Shown piece after piece: positions 35,249 through 44,733 of a stretch of 44,733 nt of DNA. The notes beneath the pieces were generated by a model. The model worked only from the letters and a program-made list of their open reading frames with translations. It searched no databases and was not told where the DNA came from. Position 1 is the stretch's first letter. Each line of letters opens with the position of its first letter. Source of the DNA: Nemertoderma westbladi (lineage: Eukaryota > Animalia > Xenacoelomorpha); contig JAUCBJ010001854.1 of the NCBI GenBank assembly GCA_032718475.1, forward strand, positions 1 through 44,733, in the 5' to 3' direction. The position numbers and the translations under genes are program-made.

Positions 35249-37187
35249 TCTATAGGAAGAGGATCCCTCTGTTCGCTCCGACTTTGGTGTTTATAATAAT
35301 TGTAACATATAATTAAAATTTACATCCGAGATTCTGTTTCTGTATTCATTGACCCCCCCCCTTTTTGTTTTAATTTTTCTTCACCACACTACGGAAAGAG
35401 ATAGTTTGACCTTGTCTCTTCATCGTTCTATCGTTACCAACACCTTATTTGTACTGACGATGTGTATTGTGTAGGCCTACTGCATAAAAGTTTACCAGCA
35501 AATCATACAGGGGAACAAACTACCTGAGAACCATATTGTTCATATATAGGTACGTGATTAAATACCAAATTTAATACGATTTGAGAAACATTACAGAGCT
35601 GAATATTATACAGAAAATTCGAGAAAATTATGTTAATGAAAGGTGAAATAGAATAACCCGATGAAATAGAAATAGTATAAATAGAGTATACTGTATACAA
35701 TACTGTAGGCCTACAGTACAATAAGTGTTGTGTAGTAATTAAAGCATAAAACACAATAACAAGATATTAATAGACTTGTAAAGTATTTATTTACATATGA
35801 ATTTAATCTCACATGTAACAACTTTGTTATTTACATAAAGTATAATACATAACCAAATAGAATACGTTAACAGCACACAAAGCTCCCAACATCAAAGGAA
35901 TTAATTTAAAGCTTTACTTTATTTTCATAATATTTACTTGAATAATGCAGTAATATTTTGGGAGATTTTATTTGCACACAATAGGCCCCTAGCGTTGATA
36001 GGGCCTTATATGCAATGAATACTTTATACTGTACATTAGGACTGCGGGGGGGGGGGGGGGGGGGGTGTACTTACTGTACAGTAAGGGGGAAAACCACCCT
36101 GCATGGACGGATTCTGGATTTCAGGGCCCCCGGCAGTCACAACTTACAGGCGCCTACAAAAAATGTTAGTGTTGAAAAATTTTGGTAAAATGTAATTATT
36201 ATTACTGTATTTTAATCAAGTAATTATTACTTGACTTTTTCCTAAAATTACACCATCCAAAAGACATAAATTCTATATTTGGGTACGACAACATAATGAT
36301 GGGTAGTGACTAATGAAATATTGGGGAATACAGTAATGCGGGAAGTGATATAAAGTTGTAAAATATTGGTAATTGGTGGACCAATTCTTAGACAACAACA
36401 ATTACTATTTAAAAAAAGGCATTTTCCTAGCCTGTAATGTACTCACGAATGATTTTAGATAAATCTAATTGAAAAGAAATGTAAATAAATGTAAATTGTA
36501 GTGATAGAAATAAATGTAATGAATAATTTAATATTTATTACATGGAATTAGGAAGTTGCCTTAAGTATCTTAAATCCACTTTTTTACTAACTTTTACCTT
36601 TAAACATTATTTACTTTACCATGACAAACCGAGTCTTTGGTTAATTTGGATAAGCACATATAAATAACACAGTGAGTGTAAATAATTATGTTAGTCAAAC
36701 AAATATTGAGAATAGAAAAGGATGGAGGACAGAAATCAGACAGAACTCTGAGGATGTTCATTAGGCCTATGGTCAGTCTGTCAGTTATATTAGAATTTTC
36801 CAGAAATTTGTTAGTTGTAAGTAACACTGGATTAGTTCCGGGCCAGTTGGGATAGTCGGGGGGGAGTTTTTACAACTTAGAACGTGGTAGCCGTCGGCAC
36901 AGGGGTTGCCACAATTATATATAATAACATTACACATTGATTTATTATTGAACATAGGATGTTATGAAATTTTAGAGTGGAATAGTATTTTTGGAATTGA
37001 GTGTATTCGGTACTAGTGTGTTTTGGGCACCCCCTCACCAAATTTTTAATAATAGCTAGTTTTTGCTACTTTTTTTGAAAATGTTCTAAAACATATTAGC
37101 TATATCAATTAAGAAAAAAATTTTAGTGTTCTAGAACACAGATTTTTGCTATTTGGTATTGATTGCCGGCGTAATTTTTATTTATTT

Positions 37188-37240
37188 GGATCCGGAATTG
37201 TCCGGGTCGCAATTGTCCGGGTCGGAATTGTCCGGTCGGG
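37188..37240. repeat. Short tandem repeat of AATTGTCCGGGTCG(G/C)
   Basis: Three ~15-bp copies; probably a transposon subterminal remnant. Confidence 0.7.
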
Positions 37241-39283
37241 TGGATATTTATTAATCGACGACAAATATTATTTTTTGTGGCGCACTAAATAATTTTATTA
37301 GTTGCTGTAAACGTTTATGTAACACTAATAAATTCACAAATCGAATGGCCCTACAGTATAATTTCATTAATATTATTAGCCCATAATTAAGAGATAGCAC
37401 GTGACATAAACCTATGTTAAGTGGCAATTCGGAATAACTACAGTATAAGCAAAATATAAACAAATGTCCCTCTAATCACTTTTACCCCCTCGCGGAAGAC
37501 TGGGTAACTCCAGACGGTTTAAAATCTCACAAAAAGTAAGTTAAACGTTTTGAAAATATGGCAGCTTTTCATTTCAGACAATTCTAAAATGTTTTCATTC
37601 CTGCCCAATAGCAGTAGACTGGAGAACTCTGCCGACGTATTAGCATCCAGTCAAAGACCCATAATATTGATAGTCTAGCACGTAAAACTGTCAAGTTTCA
37701 GCTTGATATCGGATAAAAAAGAGAAGGTTTTCACTTTCAGATATTTCGCCCTCTAGCGGCAAATTTTAGAAGTACATATTCAGCAGCAAAGACGCAGCCA
37801 CTGATTTAGTATATATTTGTTAAAGTTTCATCTTAAACTGATTGATATGACGTTTCGCTCTCTAGCGGCAGACAGGTGAAATGCAGATGGATTATAGTCT
37901 CCTTTGAAAGACTCAAATTGTAAATGGTCGAGTACATACTGTACCTTCCAAGTTTAAGCTTGAACGGATTGAAAGAAAAGATACATGTTTAATGTTGATA
38001 ATGTAAGAAAGAATAAGAACCTGTTGATACACAATAATATATGTATGTAGGTAAGATTCACTGTACAACAAATTAATTACACAAACTTTACCACCGACAG
38101 AAAAGGATGGGAAACTAAACTACGCGACGCACAGAATTAAAATAAGTATCGGTATACGTATTACATAGTATTTGATTAAAAAATAGTAAAAAGAGGAACT
38201 TTAAAAGTAGATTATTAACAAGTAAAATATTTTTTATATTATATTCTATATTACATAATAAAATAATGCTATCCTCAAATTAATATATAACAAGTCAGGC
38301 CAATTTACAAAGAACAAAAAAAATCGAAAGTAAATATTGCCTCCATTCAGTGAATATTTTAAGAAGTCCAGTTTATCTATCTATATGTAAATCTCTGAAT
38401 ATGGCCGGCCAATCCTGATGAAACAAAAGTACAAATTAAAATTTACCCAATCAAAGAGGTCAATCTTTATAAAAACAATAATACAGAGATTGAGATCAAT
38501 GTGTGAAGAATATAATCTAAAAATATGTCCCGTGTAATAATCAGACAAAATATAAGTTTTACAAACAATAATTAATTGCAAATCCTACAAATAAATACTA
38601 CAAATACAAAATAGAAATTACACAAACTCAAATTGAGATTACCAAAAAATAAAAATGAAAATAAATAATTATATAAAATTAAAAAAATTAAATAAAAAAT
38701 GAAATAAATATAAAAATGTGAATCAATCTAGAGTAGCTCTCACGAATGTAATAATGTAAGTTGGTAGTTGGCTTTATAAGTTACTAAGGAATGGGAGTGT
38801 GGAAGGGATAACGCCTATGTCCACCACGAGGGAGTGAACTTCAGGGGTAGGTTTATGGTAGTTGGTAGTGATCGTTTAGGCCAGATTTGAAGATATATTT
38901 TAAGGATTAATTTAAAGTTTAGACATACAGGTTGAGGTGCTTCAGTTTATGTCAACTTTTGATCCTATTGATGCAACAGCCTTAAAAGCAATTAGAATGT
39001 TAAAATCGTAAACGACCTTACTACGACGACAACGACAAAAATTGACCCACCCCCTAACAGAATCAGTTCGCTAAGACCATCCAGCCAAATTCGTGGCTCG
39101 CCCCACAAGTCCATTTTTTTATGCCTTACAGCCTTAATACCGGTACCGGTACGTTCAGACATTCAGTACTACTCTGAAGTCTGGCAGTAGGGCGTCCTAT
39201 TTGTGAAAGTCAGTACAGCAGTAGTACGGTAGGTACCGGTAACACAACAGCACACTGCAGTATTGTCAGATAAGAAGATTAAG

Positions 39284-39703
39284 ATGGCCATAGAAACTGG
39301 AGAGTGCAAATGGTTTAACAGTGAGAAGGGCTATGGGTTCATAACTCCAGATCAAGGAGGAGACGACCTGTTTGTTCATCAGAGTCAGGTACACGCCCAG
39401 GGCTACCGCTCGTTGGAGGAAGGCGAGAAGGTGGAGTTCGTACGTTCGCACGACGACCGTAACGGTAAACTGAAGGCGACCAACGTGACGGGGCCCAACG
39501 GGGGTTACGTCCAGGGTTCCTCGAGGGATGGAGGAGGAGGAGGAGGAAGGGGTGGGGGAGGGTACGGAGGTGGGAGATCCGGCTACGGAGGTGGTGGCGG
39601 TGGCTACGGAGGTGGTGGCGGAGGCTACGGGGGTGGCGGCGGTGGATACGGGGGCGGTAGCTACGGGGGTGGCGGCTACGGGGGTGGCGGAGGAAGGTGG
39701 TAG
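39284..39703 (+). CDS. Cold-shock domain protein with Gly/Tyr-rich tail (139 aa, no intron in CDS)
   Basis: ATG at 39284. [15 protein letters not shown] (RNP1), DLFVHQS (RNP2), [13 protein letters not shown] and [15 protein letters not shown], followed by GGGGY repeats. Confidence 0.95.
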   Translation: MAIETGECKWFNSEKGYGFITPDQGGDDLFVHQSQVHAQGYRSLEEGEKVEFVRSHDDRNGKLKATNVTGPNGGYVQGSSRDGGGGGGRGGGGYGGGRSGYGGGGGGYGGGGGGYGGGGGGYGGGSYGGGGYGGGGGRW

Positions 39704-39954
39704 AACATCCTCTACAGCGTACCGGTACCGGTAATGCCTCTAGCCTACATACACCAAGACCACCTGTCTACAGACTCGAGAACAAACTAACTGCAATGCA
39801 GCAATGTGAAGCAATATCTTGTTAAACTTTTCTTGTTGACGAAAGGCGGATGTCAGACTTTTTAATGTATTTTATTACCGGTAACTTCTACTTAGGTACT
39901 ATCGAAATATAATACAAAAATCAGATTAATAAATCAAATATTTTCATTTTAAAC

Positions 39955-40126
39955 CAGTACCATCGAGACACACTCGACCCTTGCCTGTACCCGGTACCAT
40001 CGAGACACACTCGACCCCTGTACCCGGTACCATCGAGACACACTCGACCCCTGTACCCGGTACCATCGAGACACACTCGACCCCTGTACCCGGTACCATC
40101 GAGACACACTCGACCCCTGTGCCTGT
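39955..40126. repeat. 33-bp minisatellite (~5 copies)
   Basis: Unit GTACCCGGTACCATCGAGACACACTCGACCCCT. Confidence 0.93.
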
Positions 40127-41514
40127 ACTATCTGTCTGGCTACACTCCATACTCCACCAATGTGGGGGGGGGGGGGGGGGGGGGGTAATTACAGAATTTA
40201 AATTAACTAATTCAAGGGAAATCGCAGGAGGCCGCAGGCTATTCTAACCAAAACAAACAATATCAATACTAATGGAGATATTGATGCTAGGTGCAGGACT
40301 GCAGGTTATACAATCTGACAGTCACCCTTCTTTAACCAAAGGAATAAAGGAAAGTGAATAACACAAATTACAGTGTAATTGATTTATATACCCTATAAAA
40401 GGTTTAACTTTTGAGATCATTTTCGAGTTAGAAATAAAGGCCTATCGCATCCTAAGAAGAATACCCACTGGGTAGACCGGTACGGTAAATATAGGCCTAC
40501 CGGTAATCATTAAAATAATCTATCTAGTAACTCTTAAAAACTATAATAGTTAAACATGAACTTCTGCTCTACTGACTCGTTTATTGTTTTGGTTTTAATA
40601 TGATGTTCCGAAATGGAAGTCGATTGTTCAATTTATTACAGATTCATTTTCGTATCAACTCAACAATTTCATTGTTTTGGTCACCATAACATGCCACTGC
40701 AACCTCTGCTCATCTCATTTGAGATCCGAGATTGTATTAAATTGTCTCATTGTTCTATTACCAGCCAATTCTGGGAAAGGATCATGGTTAGGTTCAGTGT
40801 CAAGTTAATTTAACGAAATCAATCAACGAAATTCTATAGAACAGATTGCAGTTATATTTCTAAATCAGCTGTTGTTTGCATCAAATATTTAAATATTTGC
40901 CTTCCTATCTGCTCAAAAGAAGGTTATCATTCCGCTACACTCTCCCACAGGCCTACAAAATAAATTAGCGAGGGGCCATTATAATAAAGGCGTGATCTCA
41001 TTAACGTATATCGGAGGACGATAACAGATGGAATCTTCATAGTACCCATCGGGGAGCGGTAATCCATCACCAACAACTCGCGCTCTCGTACATAATGTGG
41101 GTCCGAGGGTATGGGATGAGTTCGTCGATGGGATTTCTAGATATTGTTATTTATAGACAGATGAGTATTTCAATCTCATCTACTTTCAATATTATCTGTA
41201 TTGCACAGTAGTTTTTAGATATTTTTCATCACATTTTGGCATCACTTCATCTACGTACTGGCCCGTGTCGTGCAAATACTTTCCATTTTTACCTATAAAC
41301 TCAAGATTGACTTATTATTGTTTTTCTTGCATGTTTGAATTTCCCTCTCTGATCTGTAGCAGCAGCACTCTGTTTATTGTTTTGGAGATCATACCGGTAC
41401 AGTACTCTAGTATACACGATTGTAAATCGTGAAGAATCTGCCACCAAACATTCGAATCTGGTTACCTGTTTGTGTCAGTAATTCTAGTAAACTATATAAA
41501 AAAGCGAATGATCG

Positions 41515-41612
41515 GACGTCCTAATTTAGCCACCCCTCTCGCCTTGTCCGAAGATGTCTGGATATCGAAGACACCCCCCCCCCCATCCGACGTCCTTTAT
41601 GGACGACTCCTT
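41515..41612. mobile_element. Possible DNA-transposon end (Harbinger-like MITE remnant)
   Basis: Minus strand reads AGGAGTCGTCCATAAAGGACGTCGGATGGGGGG, resembling MITE termini I associate with PIF/Harbinger. Partner end not found. Confidence 0.3.
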
Positions 41613-42173
41613 TCTGACTACCCTATTAAAACGCGTCTCTCAAAGACTGACTGTAGGTTTTTTAATTTTAAGAAGTTCTAGATCATAAGACATAATTGTG
41701 GATATATCCTCTTAAGAGAAACTGATTTAGAAGGCTCTTTATTGAGTCGTCAGGTTTGTTTCATTCTAGTGGCCCTTGAAATTTTACTGACCTTTTAGCG
41801 ACTTCCAAACGCACGCCGGGCAAGTTAAAATTGCACGCGGATGCTTAGCGAGTATTGAAGTCATGGACCCCGGCAGTTTTAACGAATAGATGAGATAAAA
41901 GGTGTAATAGTTATTCATATTAAATGTTTTCGTTAGAACATAAAGCCAATCTCAGCTATTTCTCACCGAAAATTAGATGTTTTTATAGATAATCCTTTTA
42001 TAATGCCACGCTTCTCAATGGTAAATACAAAGAATTACAACATCTAATTAAAAACATTATCGTGGAAAACTTAGGTGAGTAGTTAGATTAATTAAGATTT
42101 AAGAGATTATAACTATATTTAATAACTAACAGTAACCAAATCGAGATGGCGAGCTATGTACAAAAAATAAGTT

Positions 42174-42246
42174 AGGTCCCACCGAGATTCGAACTCGGGT
42201 CACTGGATTCAAAGTCCAGAGTGCTGAACCACTACACCATGGGACC
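42174..42246 (-). tRNA. tRNA-Gln(TTG)
   Basis: GGTCCCATGGTGTAGTGGTTCAGCACTCTGGACTTTGAATCCAGTGACCCGAGTTCGAATCTCGGTGGGACCT forms a full cloverleaf with anticodon TTG. T6 terminator at ~42161-42166. Confidence 0.97.
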
Positions 42247-42375
42247 CTGGTAAAATAATTATCATGGAAGTACCAAAAATCACTTTACATAACATAATTA
42301 AGAAAACTAATTAAAGTTGAGTTTCCGATAAATTGTTCCTGTTCTAAAAATATAGTTTTATTATTCAATAGTGAT

Positions 42376-42738
42376 CTATTTCAACCACCGATGGGGGTTG
42401 ATGTTGAATGTGTTCTTCAGGAAGAAATGGCCAACACGCATCGTCAGTGAGGCCAAAGCGGCGGCGCTAACAGTCCAGCATATGGAACGGCCTGGTTGAC
42501 TACCGTTGTAGTAGAACAGAACCCACAGTCCCCTAGAAACTGAGTAAACAAGGAAATGGGTCCTAGCAACGCGCAAACTAGGCCCTGTGAGGGTGTACAG
42601 GGAGGCTATGACTAGGTAGGGTAGGAAGGATTCCAGTTCGTTCCGATGCATATTCAAACAGCGTTCCACGGCCTCTTTGGAAGATTCAGACTTAGAACTC
42701 CAACCCAACATATTGTTATCCTCTTCCATGCATTCAAC
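42376..42738 (-). CDS. MAPEG family (MGST1/PTGES-like) protein, exon 2
   Basis: TTTAG acceptor ends at 42739. VERCLNMHRNELESFLPY resembles the MAPEG VERxxRAHxNDxE motif; also GPSLRVARTHF...SR and QPGRS. Confidence 0.87.
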   Translation of the reverse strand, partial: VECMEEDNNMLGWSSKSESSKEAVERCLNMHRNELESFLPYLVIASLYTLTGPSLRVARTHFLVYSVSRGLWVLFYYNGSQPGRSICWTVSAAALASLTMRVGHFFLKNTFNINPHRWLK

Positions 42739-43158
42739 CTAAACCGATAAAAAAACATTTAATTTTGAAATCAGATCCTTTAGGCCTATTACCATCATTA
42801 CGGTGTAAGCAACTGGCATGCAGATTGTAGCATAAAAATATATATATTATTAATGCACCTAATTTAGAATATTCAGGCCTTTAATATAGAACTGTAGAAC
42901 ATACAGTATGTGTATAAGAAAATACCAAATTTCAAATATAGTGTTTGGGGGTATTGGATTTGTATTATTGTATTAATTAAAACTATATAATTCGTAGTTA
43001 TTATATCTAAAAATGAGTTTTCAAATAAAATATTAGTAAAAATAATACAATTCATAAATAAAAATAATAGTGAGGTCGGTAAAGTAATTAATATATGTCG
43101 CAATATGTAATATTTCGTAATAAAACATATAATTTATAACGAAATAAGAATAATTGAC

Positions 43159-43290
43159 CTTATTTAGTCGCCTTTGTCGAACTGTCAGCATTATGATAAT
43201 GAATTGTCGTGTTACAGACGAGACCGCGGATAGAGCAAAGTATTGGAAAGCATCTTCGTTGAATAACATCTTGGATGAATTAGAACCCAT
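43159..43290 (-). CDS. MAPEG family protein, exon 1
   Basis: ATG at 43290. TM1 ends LTVRQRRLNK (compare MGST1/PTGES TGxxRLxxK). GT donor at 43158 (phase 0); 164 aa in total. Confidence 0.82.
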
Positions 43291-43489
43291 AGCTATTATT
43301 TAATATAATATAAAATAATAATTTTATAGCTAGTTTTAAAGTTATATAACAATTTGAATACCAAAGAAAGTGTAGAAATGAATATTATATTTATACTGTT
43401 AACAATATTTTTATACTGTGGATATAAAATTAACTTAATTGTATGTAAAATGTAAGAGTGTAAGAGAGTAAGAGCGTATCAAACACAAT

Positions 43490-43800
43490 TATGGCGTCTC
43501 AAAAGGATCAAAATCATAACAATTACTGCAGTCTTTGAAATGATATAATAGTGTATGTAAATAATTCAATCACTCATGAAAATATTTAAAAGATGCCCAA
43601 TTGTTATTGCGGCAATAAATAATTATTGCGGCAATAACAATTGGGCATCTCTTATATATTTTCATAAGTGATTTAAATATTTTCATGAGTGATTTAAATA
43701 TTTTCATGAGTGATTTAATTATTTGCAAACACTATTATATTATTTCAAAGTACCGGTACTGCAGTAATTGTTATGATTTTGATCCTTTTGAGACGCCATA
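43490..43800. mobile_element. 311-bp foldback MITE, IS3EU-like termini
   Basis: Near-complete palindrome TATGGCGTCTCAAAAGGATC...GATCCTTTTGAGACGCCATA. 6-bp TSD CACAAT at 43484-43489 and 43801-43806. Confidence 0.88.
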
Positions 43801-43934
43801 CACAATGGCTATTTTCAATTCGTGCTGTATTTATAACGTATGTATGTAGTATATCTTGGTATATAGTTATGCAGTTTATGGTATTGGTATATGTATAATT
43901 CTCAATCACAATATAAATTAAATACGTAAATATC

Positions 43935-44254
43935 TATGGTGGCCCTGAGCGGCCAGTTTTGTAACTTTTTTTATGTTCCTCCGACTTTTGCAAAGTCGAT
44001 CGAACGACTTTACAAAACTCGGGGAAACAAATCTAATTGGCTGGAGTGGTTTCTATAACAACAAAAACCCAATCAAGTTTGTTTCCATAATTTTGCTTAT
44101 CAGATACTGTAGGAGACAGCTAATTAAGACTAATATACTACAGACTAACACCAATTAATTTGTTTCCCCGGGTTTTGTAAAGTCGTTCGAATGAATTTGC
44201 AAAAGTCGAGGAAAGAAAAAAAGATTACAAAACAGGCCGCTCAGGCCCACCATA
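43935..44254. mobile_element. 320-bp foldback MITE with ~100-bp imperfect inverted repeats
   Basis: TATGGTGGCCCTGAGCGGCC...GGGGAAACAAAT versus ATTTGTTTCCCCG...GGCCGCTCAGGCCCACCATA. TSD unclear (possibly TA). Confidence 0.8.
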
Positions 44255-44733
44255 GGTGTCAGAATCCGAGCCCTATTAAAAAAAATATATAAACAATAAA
44301 CAACCACCGGTACTCGCGTTACTTACTACCGATAGCTGTTAATTAATTAGAACTAATTGCCTTCAAGACTTATATATTTAGCACTAATAATCTAGATAAT
44401 CAACGACTTGGATTAGGTATAATTTTATTTGGAATTTTAAATATTTCAAAGTAGGCGAGTAGGGAATATTTAATTAAAAGAAAAGGTCATCCTCCTCGTA
44501 GAATGAATTATTATTCGCCGATAATCCCTCCGTATCTCCCGTCGTTCAGTGTGGTTCGTCGGTGCGGCAGCGGCAGTGCCTCTCATTCTCCTACTCCGAG
44601 CGGCCAAACAGACCGACTAGCGACCGGTTCACTCAACTTATTCCTCCCCTCCACCCATTACGCCGGGTTTCTCCTGAGGCGATCCTTTGTTCCTCTCGGT
44701 AAACTCGATAATCTGCTGCGACGTGGCCGTTTG

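Noticed and set aside
37460-38040. Region with repeated AAGTTTCA and CTCTAGCGGCA motifs
   Set aside because: Likely an old non-autonomous repeat; neither boundaries nor class can be supported.
44500-44733. GC-rich stretch at the window end, possible exon
   Set aside because: Truncated, and no recognisable protein in the frames examined.

Overview
Eukaryotic (invertebrate animal-like) genomic DNA with AT-rich introns and GC-rich exons. Left: the 5' part of an SLC12/NKCC cation-chloride cotransporter gene (minus strand, 4 coding exons, running off the window start), with a decayed LINE fragment in intron 1. Centre: a ~5.3 kb array of a 36-bp unit, each carrying a C(UUCG)G hairpin, preceded by a tRNA-like Pol III head. 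The array is split by a 19.4 kb BEL/Pao LTR retrotransposon (12541-31955, minus strand) with 1163-bp near-identical LTRs and a CACCC target-site duplication (TSD). Its gag-pol is broken by two nonsense codons, a frameshift and an 841-bp MITE. It also carries an intact 1417-aa extra ORF in the env position that is not an envelope protein but resembles a DEDDy 3'-5' exonuclease with zinc knuckles. The element lacks a tRNA-type primer binding site (PBS); the PBS position is instead complementary to a 10-mer in its own LTR, a possible self-priming signal. Right: an intronless cold-shock-domain/Gly-rich gene, tRNA-Gln(TTG), a two-exon MAPEG gene and foldback MITEs. All calls are by eye; no database searches were run.
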